Positions 8,577 to 18,388 of a stretch of DNA of 64,000 bases are shown piece after piece. Position numbers and translations under genes: made by a program. Position 1 is the first letter of the stretch. Each line of letters begins with the position of its first letter. Under the pieces are notes generated by a model that made no database searches, had not been told where the DNA came from, and saw only the letters and a program-made list of their open reading frames with translations. Source of the stretch: a virus; IMG/VR virus record IMGVR_UViG_3300033143_005193, positions 32,001 through 96,000 of that record; one strand, written 5' to 3'.

Positions 8577-10256
8577 ATGGCAAATATATTAAAACCAGAA
8601 TATGTTTCTTTAGATTATAATACTATAATAAGTAACATAAAAACCGAACTTTCGAAAAGTGATATTTTTCGTGATTATGATTATGAAGGATCTAATATAG
8701 CCGTATTAATAGAGTTGATGGCTTATATAGGTGAATTAAATACTTATTTTCTTAATAAAATTGCTAAAAATGCATATATTGATACAGCTGATCAGTATGA
8801 AAACGTTCATAGATTAGCTACTTTTATAGGATATGATCCTAAAGGATATATTTCAGCACAAACAACACTTTCAATAACAGTATCAGCAGCTACTTGTGAT
8901 CCCGGTGATCATTTGATCATAAGTGGTTGGCATCAAATATCAACTGATGAAACTGATAGTGATGGTAATGTTATAAAATATGCAACAACCGCTCCTCATG
9001 TAGAACAAATACCATTAAGCGCAACTTTTCCATATACTTTTGGTGTTAATGTAAGACAAGGTATTATAAAAACATATAATTATACAGGTAGAGATATTAT
9101 AAATAATGAGATAATTTTACCTTTAAACGTAAATTACGCTTATGATAATGTTTTGGAAGATGAAAATGAATCGATTCTTTTAATAGTTGATGGTACTCCG
9201 TGGTCAAGAGTATCGGATTTTTATGATGAAATATCTGGTTTGTATAATGAATCAAATGTTTATAAATTTGAGTTTGATAAGTATCAGAGATATAAAATAG
9301 TTTTCAATACTTCCAGAAGTGTTCCAACAGAAAATCAAGAAATAGAAATAAAGTTACTGGAAACATTAGCTGAAGAAGGCAGTGTTGGTATAGGGAAGAT
9401 AATATCACCTGATAATAATTTTATTTATAACAATATGAAAGATAGATATCTTTTAAATAGTGAATTTAGTGTTACAAATTTATCAGAAACAACATCTTCA
9501 GCTGAAAAAGAAAATATATTGACAATTAAATCCAATGCTAAAAGTGCTTTACATACACAATTTAGAAATGTTACATCATCTGATTATATTTCTTATTTAG
9601 AGGCTCGTTCTGATGTTAATGTTGCAAATGTTTGGGGTGAAAAAGAAATAGCACCATCCGGTGATATAAGTGAATATAATAAAGTTCATATTTGTGTAAT
9701 TCCAAATGAATGGGGATCGGGAACTATTGAAACGACAACAACAAGTGCTGGTTATAATGTTCCAACAGCGTATTCTTCTACATATGTGAATAATTTAAAA
9801 GATTATTTAGAGCCAAGAAAAATGTTATCAACATACGAGCAATTTGAATTACCTGATTTGGTATATTTTGTTTTTGATATAGGTATCAGAATAAGTAGAT
9901 CATATTCATTTGCTGATGTTGTTAGTGATGTAAGAAACAAATTAGAGTTTTATTTTACAAACGGTGAAAGAGAATTTAATGAAACATTAAGTTTCATGAA
10001 TATTGAAGAATTTTTGTTAGATTCCACAAATGTTTCTGATGATGATAATTTTGAAAATATTGCTGGTATAAGAAATTTAGTTATTAGAGATATTGATATA
10101 TTAACTCATAATATTTATGATTATAATTCATCATTATTTCCTAGATATTTGGTTGATGTATATACTGGTGATAATAATTTAAGAGAAATAAAATTAGGAT
10201 ATAACCAATATCCAATAATTTTAATAGATGGTTGTACGTTTACACAGGAGACATAA
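8577..10256 (+). CDS. baseplate wedge subunit gp6
   Basis: LDY..I..L..F.DYDYEGSN..LIE..AY..YF.N..YIDTA; QFRNVT..DY; VWGE. Confidence 0.9.
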   Translation: MANILKPEYVSLDYNTIISNIKTELSKSDIFRDYDYEGSNIAVLIELMAYIGELNTYFLNKIAKNAYIDTADQYENVHRLATFIGYDPKGYISAQTTLSITVSAATCDPGDHLIISGWHQISTDETDSDGNVIKYATTAPHVEQIPLSATFPYTFGVNVRQGIIKTYNYTGRDIINNEIILPLNVNYAYDNVLEDENESILLIVDGTPWSRVSDFYDEISGLYNESNVYKFEFDKYQRYKIVFNTSRSVPTENQEIEIKLLETLAEEGSVGIGKIISPDNNFIYNNMKDRYLLNSEFSVTNLSETTSSAEKENILTIKSNAKSALHTQFRNVTSSDYISYLEARSDVNVANVWGEKEIAPSGDISEYNKVHICVIPNEWGSGTIETTTTSAGYNVPTAYSSTYVNNLKDYLEPRKMLSTYEQFELPDLVYFVFDIGIRISRSYSFADVVSDVRNKLEFYFTNGEREFNETLSFMNIEEFLLDSTNVSDDDNFENIAGIRNLVIRDIDILTHNIYDYNSSLFPRYLVDVYTGDNNLREIKLGYNQYPIILIDGCTFTQET

Positions 10257-10261
10257 TTATA

Positions 10262-13018
10262 ATGCCTAAATTTTCAGATTCTTCTTTTAATATACTAAAC
10301 ACATATTTCGGTGAAGCTAATTATAAAACAAATAGTTCCACAAAAAGCGGATCTTTGGTTGGTGGAAACACTGGTATAGTAGCGAGTGGTGGTTATTGGT
10401 TTGTTTTTTATATATTACATGATAACGAATTCAAAAAAATTCGTTTTAGAATGGATAATGATAATTATGTTTCTGGTAATGGATTTATCTTTACAAAACA
10501 CCCAGAAGATGAAGATTTTGAAAGTGGATCTGAAGTATATTTCAAGATAGGTGATTATTTTTATAATTGGTTAATAAAAAACGAAACATTATATAAAAAC
10601 TATATAAATACAAGATTTCCATTCCTGTATTTTGGTAATATTTATCCAAATGTTAGTGGTGGATATATTATAAATTTTTATGGAATGAAAGATTATGTAA
10701 TGGATGCTCTTCCAGAACATAATAGAACACCAAATTTGTCTGAATTTTTTAAATTGTATTTTGATATGATTTATCAAAAAATATATAATTCGGCTAAAAA
10801 TGTAAAAACTCTCTTAGATCCAAGTGAAGTTGATATAAACTATATAGGTTATATAGCAGATATGTATAATGTATCAATAAGAGATAGTTTAAATGAAATC
10901 GAAAAGAGAGAATTTGTTAAAAATGTTATATATTTATTAAAAAGAGTTGGAACATATTCATCTATCTATATTGTTTGGAAATTAATTTCCAGAGATCCAT
11001 ATAATAATATAAATGTGTATGAAAGATGGCATGAAGAAAAAAATCCAACAGCACCTGTTTTACCATATTTTAGAGACTATCTTTATACAACATTTTATGA
11101 TCCATTCTTATATAAAAGAGGATGTGCTGGTGATAGTTTTTATAATAATAGTAATGGTTTTGATTATACTAGTAATATAGCAGTTAGATCTGGTGTTTAT
11201 TTTCATAATGAGGAAACTATAAAATCTGATATATGGGATGTTGATAATATTTTTAGTAACAAACAAATTTTGGTTCAGTGTTTTAATATTATAGAAGCCA
11301 TAAATCCACAAAATATAGAATTAACTGATGATAAAGTTTATATAGAATATAATGGAAGCGAAGAATGTTATGTAATTTTAACTGAATCTGATTATACACA
11401 TACTCAATCAATTAATAGTTCTACATGGAATATAAATCATGGATTAAATAGCAAAGAAGTTATATTAAATGTTTATGATTCTAATAACAAATTTATTTTT
11501 TCATATGAAGCTGAATTAATCGATGAAAATAATTGTAATGTATATTTTGGAGATGATAATATATCTGGTTATGTTAATGTATTAAAACCAGATTATATAT
11601 ATGAGCAATTGTATGGTACCGAATGTTGGAATATAAATCATGGATTAGGATATGATATTTCATTTATACAATGTTATGACTTAAATTATAAAAAAATACA
11701 TCCATCGAGTATAATTTCAATAGATAGTAATAATATAGAAATTTCGTTTAATGAAATAACAAGTGGTTATGCTTTTATATATTCTGCTGCTGAAATTTCA
11801 TATTATCCAAAAATGCCTGATGATGGTTATTTATCACCACATTATAGAGTTGAAGTAGATTTAAATTGTTCACCACTTGGAAATGATTATATAATAGATA
11901 AAGAAACAATAAATGGATTATATGAATATTGGGAAATAACAAGACCTGTTAGTAAGGTTTCACATTACAATTTACTTTTAGCACCAAAAACCAATTTTAA
12001 AAAGAATTTTACATCAAATTATAATTATTATTCTATAGAAAATAGAGGAAAAATAGAAACAAAATGTTGTAAAGATGTGTTTAGTTTCTCTGAAGATATT
12101 GATGTTTATACACAAAGAACAAGATCAAATAGATGGGTTTTTCTTCATAGATTAAATACTAAAGATGTAATTGTTCAATGTTATGATTGGGATAAAAATC
12201 AAATTTTACCTGAAGATATATATCTGGTATCAAATAGTGTTATTATAGTAACATTTTCATCTTCTCAAAATGGTTATATGATTGTTAAAAAAGTTGATTA
12301 TGATCATGATCAAACTATTCTTGCATCAACATGGAATATAAATCATTCATTAAACCATAGAAAAAATATTTCTCAAGTTTATGATGAAAATGATTATAGA
12401 GAACTTCCTTTAGAAATTAATTTATTAGATGATAATAATGAAACAATAACATTTTCAGAAAACACAAGTGGTAGTGCTGAAATATTAAAAGCTGATTATG
12501 TATATACAGGTAATAATTCAAAAACATGGAATATATTTCATGAACTAGAATCAGAGCTTATTTTAGTTCAATGCTACGATTTAGATCATAATATGATATT
12601 ACCTGATAATATATACTTGAAAAGTGAAAATAATTGTATAATAACATTTAAAAATAATGTTTCTGGATATGCTTTAATAGATAGAGTTGGTGATGCTTCA
12701 ACACAAAGTGATTTAATGTCAACCATTGTAAGCGGTGGTTATATAAAGATAGGAACAGGAAAAACTGGAAGGTATTTTAATACAGAAAAACATAATGATT
12801 TAGAAAATCCAGTATATACTATAACAGATATAGAAGTGGATTATGATGAAAACAATTATTATATAGAAGGTGAAACTGTTGGATATAAAGCCGAAGCTGA
12901 TATAACTGAATTTGGTGTTTTTAACTATGAAAATGATTTAATATGGTACACATATTGTGATACAGTATATAAAATAGAAGATTTTGATATAAAATTATAC
13001 TATAGGATAGCGAGGTAA
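10262..13018 (+). CDS. large baseplate wedge protein (gp7-like) with six ~60-aa repeats
   Basis: Follows gp6; tail-P2-I-like LLDP..YIGYIA..KR.F.KN...L.KR.GT region; repeats of W(N)I.H.L....VQCYD. Confidence 0.6.
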   Translation: MPKFSDSSFNILNTYFGEANYKTNSSTKSGSLVGGNTGIVASGGYWFVFYILHDNEFKKIRFRMDNDNYVSGNGFIFTKHPEDEDFESGSEVYFKIGDYFYNWLIKNETLYKNYINTRFPFLYFGNIYPNVSGGYIINFYGMKDYVMDALPEHNRTPNLSEFFKLYFDMIYQKIYNSAKNVKTLLDPSEVDINYIGYIADMYNVSIRDSLNEIEKREFVKNVIYLLKRVGTYSSIYIVWKLISRDPYNNINVYERWHEEKNPTAPVLPYFRDYLYTTFYDPFLYKRGCAGDSFYNNSNGFDYTSNIAVRSGVYFHNEETIKSDIWDVDNIFSNKQILVQCFNIIEAINPQNIELTDDKVYIEYNGSEECYVILTESDYTHTQSINSSTWNINHGLNSKEVILNVYDSNNKFIFSYEAELIDENNCNVYFGDDNISGYVNVLKPDYIYEQLYGTECWNINHGLGYDISFIQCYDLNYKKIHPSSIISIDSNNIEISFNEITSGYAFIYSAAEISYYPKMPDDGYLSPHYRVEVDLNCSPLGNDYIIDKETINGLYEYWEITRPVSKVSHYNLLLAPKTNFKKNFTSNYNYYSIENRGKIETKCCKDVFSFSEDIDVYTQRTRSNRWVFLHRLNTKDVIVQCYDWDKNQILPEDIYLVSNSVIIVTFSSSQNGYMIVKKVDYDHDQTILASTWNINHSLNHRKNISQVYDENDYRELPLEINLLDDNNETITFSENTSGSAEILKADYVYTGNNSKTWNIFHELESELILVQCYDLDHNMILPDNIYLKSENNCIITFKNNVSGYALIDRVGDASTQSDLMSTIVSGGYIKIGTGKTGRYFNTEKHNDLENPVYTITDIEVDYDENNYYIEGETVGYKAEADITEFGVFNYENDLIWYTYCDTVYKIEDFDIKLYYRIAR

Positions 13019-13022
13019 TGAA

Positions 13023-13547
13023 ATGAGGGTTAAATATTGGAGTTATTTATTAAATGACGAAGGACAACCAATAGAAAATGCTAATGTTTATATATATGAA
13101 GCAGGAACATTAAATAGTGCTAGTGTTTTTACTACTGAAATTGGTGGAACAGCTGTATCGTCAGCACCACAAGTAATAACGGATTCTGATGGATATTTTG
13201 AATTTTGGATAGCTGATAATAATGAAACTGATGGATATAGTAGATCACAAAAATTTAGAATTAAATGGTTTAAAGCTAATGTTGCTGAAGGTGATATAGA
13301 TAATGTTTCTATTTTACCAATGGGTCCTGGATATTATTATGATACCACAGATAGTTGGACGCTTGGGGCATCTGGATATTATTATGATGTAAATCATGGT
13401 TTAGGTGTAAATTTTCCTGTTGTTCAATTTTATGATACTACAGAAAGAAAAAAAAGAGATTTAACAACATATTCAATATCTGAAAACGTTTTAAGAGTAT
13501 GGAATGATACTGATTCAGAAAATTTTGAAATAGTTGTAATAGGATAA
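13023..13547 (+). CDS. putative tail/baseplate structural protein
   Basis: GQPIENANVYIYEAGT..TDSDGYFEFW (tailspike head-binding-like) plus one NHGLG..VVQFYD repeat unit. Confidence 0.6.
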   Translation: MRVKYWSYLLNDEGQPIENANVYIYEAGTLNSASVFTTEIGGTAVSSAPQVITDSDGYFEFWIADNNETDGYSRSQKFRIKWFKANVAEGDIDNVSILPMGPGYYYDTTDSWTLGASGYYYDVNHGLGVNFPVVQFYDTTERKKRDLTTYSISENVLRVWNDTDSENFEIVVIG

Positions 13548-13562
13548 AAGGAGAAAAATATA

Positions 13563-15488
13563 ATGAAATCACATGGTTTAACAATGTATGGTGATTTTAA
13601 TACCAATAATATTAAAGCACAAGATGGTACAACTTTTGCTACTTTATCTGATACAACTGGTGAGATGGAAACATCTGCGAGTTTGAAGATAGGTTCTGAT
13701 TTTAAAACTGATAATATTAAATCAAAAGATGGTGTAGATGCTATAGAAATAGCTAATATTACTGGTAATACATCAATAAAAAATAATTTAATAATTAATG
13801 GTGATTTAAATACAAATGATATAAAATCATATATTGGTACTAGCGCAATAACAATAGATAATTCTGGTAACATACAAATAATAAAAGATTTATGGACGGA
13901 TGATATAAAATCATATACAGGTACTAGTGCAATAACAATAGGTAATACAAGTGGAAATGTTACTATAAACAATCAATTAAGGACTTCAATTATCGGTTCA
14001 AAAGATGGTGTTACATCTATAACAATATCAGATTCAACTGGAGATGCTACAATAAATAATGATTTAATAATTGATGGTGATTTAAAAACTAATAATATTA
14101 AATCAATTGCTGATAATAATGCTTTGTTAATTAATGACGATGGATGTGTAACAGTTTCAAATCAATTAAGAACATCTAATGTAAAATCTGAAGTTGGATC
14201 TTCAGCTATTTCTATTAACAGCTCTGGTAAAGTAACAGTATCACAGTTTCAGTTTATTGGATCATCGCCTGGTGATGGAAAAGTTATTGTGTCAGATAAC
14301 AGTGGTAATTTTTCATGGGGTTCTGGTTCTATTCCATCTGGTGAAATTATTCTTTTTGAAAAAAATACTGCTGTTTTTGGATATACATTAAAAACAGATT
14401 TGGATGATATGTTGGTATATATTACAAAAGGATCGGCTGCTGGTGGTGAAACCGGTGGTTCTTTAAAATCTGGTGGTACTTGGACACAACCAAGCCATGC
14501 TCATACTGGTCCAAGCCATAGACATACAGGACCAAGCCATAGACATACTGGGCCAAGCCATACACATACGGTTTCAGGTCATACACATACAGGACCAAGC
14601 CATACACATACGATTTCAGATCATAGACACACAGGCCCAAACCATACACATACAATTTCAAATCATAGGCATACCGGTCCAAGCCATACACATACGATAC
14701 CAAGCCATGCTCATACCGGTCCAAGTCATACACATACGATACCAAGCCATGCTCATACTGGTCCAAGTCATACACATACGATTTCAGATCATAGACACAC
14801 AGGCCCAAATCATACACATACGATACCAAGCCATGCCCACACAACAGGTGATTGTACTCTAACAATAGATCAAATGCCGAGGCATAGACATTTTATTGCT
14901 AGTTATGCTAGTTATGAGGGTATGGGACATAATTTAGCTAAAGATGCTGGTGGTTATGGTGGTGGTTTATATACTCAATATACAGGTGGTGATCCATCAA
15001 CATATGAAACACAACCACATAATCACGGTAGTACTGGACTTGGAGGGTCAGGTAATACCGGAACATCAGGAACAGGATATACTGGATATAGTGGTGTTGG
15101 TAATACTGGAGCGTCGGGAACTGGTAATACTGGGCTTGGTGGTGGTGGTAATACTGGAACATCAGGAACAGGTCTAACAGGAGAAAGTGGTGCTGGTAAT
15201 ACCGGAGCATCAGGAAACGGATATACTGGATATAGTGGAGCCGGTAATACCGGGACATCAGGAGACGGATATACCGGATATAGTGGAGCGGGTAATACCG
15301 GAGCATCAGGAACTGGTTTAACAGGAGAAAGTGGTGCTGGTAATACAGGAGCATCAGGAAACGGATATACTGGATATAGTGGAACAGATTTAACAGGATA
15401 TAGTGGAACTGGTTTGACTGGAACATCAGCCACGGTAAATACTTGGCGACCAAAAGGTAGAAATTTTACAAGACAACAAAAATTATAA
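13563..15488 (+). CDS. tail fibre with long HxH metal-binding needle
   Basis: Seven N-terminal ~30-aa repeats (T..IKS..G..AI.I), IPSG collar-like motif, 17 HxH heptads, TLTIDQMP.H.H tip, 17 xTGxxGxG octads, terminal WRP. Confidence 0.8.
   Translation: MKSHGLTMYGDFNTNNIKAQDGTTFATLSDTTGEMETSASLKIGSDFKTDNIKSKDGVDAIEIANITGNTSIKNNLIINGDLNTNDIKSYIGTSAITIDNSGNIQIIKDLWTDDIKSYTGTSAITIGNTSGNVTINNQLRTSIIGSKDGVTSITISDSTGDATINNDLIIDGDLKTNNIKSIADNNALLINDDGCVTVSNQLRTSNVKSEVGSSAISINSSGKVTVSQFQFIGSSPGDGKVIVSDNSGNFSWGSGSIPSGEIILFEKNTAVFGYTLKTDLDDMLVYITKGSAAGGETGGSLKSGGTWTQPSHAHTGPSHRHTGPSHRHTGPSHTHTVSGHTHTGPSHTHTISDHRHTGPNHTHTISNHRHTGPSHTHTIPSHAHTGPSHTHTIPSHAHTGPSHTHTISDHRHTGPNHTHTIPSHAHTTGDCTLTIDQMPRHRHFIASYASYEGMGHNLAKDAGGYGGGLYTQYTGGDPSTYETQPHNHGSTGLGGSGNTGTSGTGYTGYSGVGNTGASGTGNTGLGGGGNTGTSGTGLTGESGAGNTGASGNGYTGYSGAGNTGTSGDGYTGYSGAGNTGASGTGLTGESGAGNTGASGNGYTGYSGTDLTGYSGTGLTGTSATVNTWRPKGRNFTRQQKL
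14490..14846 (+). repeat. 17 x 21-nt coding tandem repeat (PSHxHTG/I)
   Basis: Counted directly from the translation. Confidence 0.9.
15030..15437 (+). repeat. 17 x 24-nt coding tandem repeat (xTGxSGxG)
   Basis: Counted directly from the translation. Confidence 0.9.
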
Positions 15489-15497
15489 AATAGGAGA

Positions 15498-15848
15498 ATG
15501 ATTAATATGTTAAATAAGAAAAAAGATGAAAACAAAGGATTATGTCCATTTAATAATCTTAAACCATGTAATGAAAAGTGTGCTTTTTTTAGATCTGGAG
15601 TGAGATATACTGAAATAAATGGTGAACCATTTCCATTTAAAGAATGTGCTATAAATATCATAGCTGATAATTTGGAATCAATGCATAATAGAACTTATAT
15701 GATGCAAAAAGAAGTTGGTGAAACTAAAAATACAATAGCAATGAAAATTCTTTCGGATCTTGGTGTTGGATCTATTGAAGAAACAACAAGATTGGCTGTA
15801 AGGGTTTTGGGTCTTGATAAAAAAGAAGAAACAAAAAAATTAGAATAG
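15498..15848 (+). CDS. Cys-rich hypothetical protein, possible fibre chaperone
   Basis: CPF-x5-C-x3-C..C then a helical region; AGGAG SD; directly after the fibre gene. Confidence 0.6.
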   Translation: MINMLNKKKDENKGLCPFNNLKPCNEKCAFFRSGVRYTEINGEPFPFKECAINIIADNLESMHNRTYMMQKEVGETKNTIAMKILSDLGVGSIEETTRLAVRVLGLDKKEETKKLE

Positions 15849-15850
15849 TG

Positions 15851-15879
15851 TTTACATCCACTTAAAAATGTTTTATACT
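15851..15879 (+). promoter_or_regulatory. sigma70-like promoter for the gp55 operon
   Basis: TTTACA-N17-TATACT. Confidence 0.6.
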
Positions 15880-15911
15880 TATAAAAAAATAAAAGGATGG
15901 TATGAAACATC

Positions 15912-16331
15912 ATGGGTGAAGATTATGTAAATAACGAAGAATTATTAGAAGAAATTAAAAAATTCAAGAAAACTAATAAGTATTCAGAAAGATTAGGTGA
16001 AATGATTCTTTTAATAGCTACCAATTATTCTAACCTCGGTAGTTTCAATGGCTATACCTGGAAAGATGATATGATAGGTGAAGCTGTTTTAACTTGTTTG
16101 AAATATCTTCATAATTTTAATCCTGATAAACAGATAAAACCAAATCCATTTGCTTATATAGGAACAATCGTTCATAGATCTTTTGTAAACTTTATAAAAA
16201 AACAAAAAAAACATAGATATATAAAGGATTATTGTTATAAAAATCTATCTTTATTGGATGGTAATGAATATTATTTTATGAAATCAATAAATTATGAATC
16301 AATGAAACCTGTTAGTGGGAGGAAAAAATGA
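15912..16331 (+). CDS. late-transcription sigma factor gp55
   Basis: YVNN.EL..LG.MILLIA..S...F.GYTWKDDMI.EA...C.KY..NF.P....NPFAY..I..SF...IKKQKK. Confidence 0.92.
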   Translation: MGEDYVNNEELLEEIKKFKKTNKYSERLGEMILLIATNYSNLGSFNGYTWKDDMIGEAVLTCLKYLHNFNPDKQIKPNPFAYIGTIVHRSFVNFIKKQKKHRYIKDYCYKNLSLLDGNEYYFMKSINYESMKPVSGRKK

Positions 16332-16672
16332 CATTTTTTGTTTTAGGTATGTACACAATGGCAACGATTATTATGGTTATATCAGTTGTGTATAATTTTT
16401 ATCTTGTCAATAAAATTAAAAAAAAGAGTAATGAAGAATTGGAAAAAATAAAATCTCTTAGAAATGAGGAACTTAAAGATATTAATAATAATAAAATAGA
16501 AATAGATGAAATTATTGAAGAAATGAAAAATAGAATAGATAAAATACAAACAGAAAATACTTCTTTTAAAGAAACTTTTAAAAAAGATATTGATAATAGT
16601 ATAGTTATTGTAAATGAAAATATTAAAAATATAGAAAAAGAAATAAGCGAAATAAAATCAATGATTCAATAA
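16328..16672 (+). CDS. membrane-anchored coiled-coil protein
   Basis: Hydrophobic N-terminal segment followed by a heptad-rich region. Confidence 0.6.
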   Translation: MTFFVLGMYTMATIIMVISVVYNFYLVNKIKKKSNEELEKIKSLRNEELKDINNNKIEIDEIIEEMKNRIDKIQTENTSFKETFKKDIDNSIVIVNENIKNIEKEISEIKSMIQ

Positions 16673-16689
16673 CATAGAAAGGATAATTT

Positions 16690-17685
16690 GTGAAATTTTT
16701 ACTTGTTTCAGATACACATTTAGGATTATATAATGATTCCGATATATGGTTAGATGTAACTACTAATCTTTTTAACGAAATAATAGATACTTGTGTAAAA
16801 GAAAATATAAATAAAATAATACATTTGGGTGATTTTTTTCATAATCACAAAGCCATAAACACAAAAACATTAGATGTTTCAAAGAAAATTGCTGAAAATT
16901 TAGAAGAAGAAAAAATAACAACGTACATGATAGTAGGTAATCATGATTGTTATTACAGAAATACAATAAAACCAAACACTCTAAGCGTATTTAAAAAACA
17001 CAAATATATCAAGATTATAGAAGAACCATATATTTTGGAAAATATTCTTCTCCTTCCTTGGGGTTTCTATCCAGAACAAGAATCAAAATACTGTATGGGA
17101 CATTTTGAAATATCTGGATTTCTTATGAATGATAATTTTACCTGTAAAACAGGTTTAAGTTATAAATCATTTGAGAAATTCGATAGGGTATTTTCTGGTC
17201 ATTTCCATAAATCATCAACAAATTATAATATAACATATCTTGGTAATCCATTTCAACAAGATTTTCATGATTCCGAACATATTAAAGGATATTATATATT
17301 TGACAACGAAAGCGGTGAATTAAGATTTATAGAATTTACAGATTATCCAAAATTTGTTACTATAAGAATAGAGAATTATAAAGATACTGATGTTACTGGA
17401 AATATTATAAAAATTCTTTTCGAAAAAGATTATGGTACAAATAAAAATAATAAACTTATTGATGAATTATATAAATTAAATCCTTTAAAGATAAAAAGCA
17501 CTAGAATATTGAATAGTGAAGATGAAGAATCTCTTGAAAGAGAAGAAAATGAAGAAGAAATTGTTCTTGATAATAAAAAATTGATGTTAGAATATATTGA
17601 AAAATATGAGAAAATACCGAAAAATATTAAAAAAGTTGTATTGAAAAATATGTTTAATACAATAGTTAATAATTTAGAGGAATAA
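16690..17685 (+). CDS. recombination endonuclease subunit gp47 (Mre11/SbcD-like)
   Basis: SDTHLG, LGDFF, GNHD, GHFE, SGHFH metallophosphoesterase motifs. Confidence 0.92.
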   Translation: MKFLLVSDTHLGLYNDSDIWLDVTTNLFNEIIDTCVKENINKIIHLGDFFHNHKAINTKTLDVSKKIAENLEEEKITTYMIVGNHDCYYRNTIKPNTLSVFKKHKYIKIIEEPYILENILLLPWGFYPEQESKYCMGHFEISGFLMNDNFTCKTGLSYKSFEKFDRVFSGHFHKSSTNYNITYLGNPFQQDFHDSEHIKGYYIFDNESGELRFIEFTDYPKFVTIRIENYKDTDVTGNIIKILFEKDYGTNKNNKLIDELYKLNPLKIKSTRILNSEDEESLEREENEEEIVLDNKKLMLEYIEKYEKIPKNIKKVVLKNMFNTIVNNLEE

Positions 17686-17784
17686 ATATGTCATCTTATA
17701 GTTTTATTAGTTATAGAGAACTGCCAAGAAAACCCCGTTCGCTTGCGGCGGGGATGAATTGGCATAATATTTTTAAAAAATAAC

Positions 17785-17813
17785 TTGATAAACACTGAAT
17801 ATAATAGTATATT
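17785..17813 (+). promoter_or_regulatory. IS-internal sigma70 promoter
   Basis: TTGATA-N17-TATATT. Confidence 0.5.
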
Positions 17814-17832
17814 ATACATGTAAATAGGTGGT

Positions 17833-17985
17833 GTGGATAATGAATATAGCTCAAAGGAACGGAAAAGAGAGTTAGAGAGACTTACCAGAGTCTTCTCTAT
17901 TGAGGAAGAGAATATATTAACTTATTTTGATTTAATTAGACTGGCAATTAAAGAAAAATATGGTTTGGAAGAAATAGGAAAATGA
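17833..17985 (+). CDS. small IS-encoded protein (possible ribbon-helix-helix regulator)
   Basis: GTG-initiated 50-aa ORF ..ELERLTRVFS..TYFDLIRLAIKEKY; ATGA overlap with the tnpA start. Confidence 0.4.
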   Translation: MDNEYSSKERKRELERLTRVFSIEEENILTYFDLIRLAIKEKYGLEEIGK

Positions 17986-18385
17986 GAGAATATAAGTCAA
18001 CATCACATTGTAAATATTTATGTCAGTACCACATCATTTTCTGCCCAAAATTTCGATATTCTGTTTAAAGGGAGATATTGAAATCAGTTTAAAAGAAATA
18101 TTGGTAGATGTGGCAAATAGATACGAATATGAAATAATCCAAATGGAAGTGATACCAGACCATATTCATATATTTGTTGGCGCTAAACCAACTGTTGCTC
18201 CGATAGATATAGTAAGGATTTTTAAAAGTATTACAGCTATTGAATTGTTTAAGAAATATCCAAAGTTGAAATCTTTTTATTGGAGATGTGGTTCTCTTTG
18301 GTCAGTGGGAAAATTCATATCAACTATTGGTAATGTTTCTGCAGAAACAATCAAAAAATATATTGCAGAGCAAAAAGGGAAGTAA
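17982..18385 (+). pseudogene. tnpA: IS200-family Y1 transposase, frameshifted
   Basis: MREYKSTSHCKYLCQYHIIFCPKFRYSV then TAA at 18066; continues in the -1 frame with DHIHIF (HUH) and IKKYIAEQ. Confidence 0.85.
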
Positions 18386-18388
18386 AAT

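Noticed and set aside
14490-15437. Possible CRISPR array or DGR template
   Set aside because: The repeats are contiguous, vary at synonymous positions and have no unique spacers; no cas or reverse transcriptase gene is in the window.
14422-15661. Repetitive alternative-frame and antisense ORFs over the fibre tip
   Set aside because: By-products of in-frame 21- and 24-nt coding repeats.
18060-18070. Programmed -1 frameshift in tnpA (TTTAAAG)
   Set aside because: The heptamer is out of phase: the zero frame reads GTT TAA. A 1-nt deletion or sequencing error is simpler.
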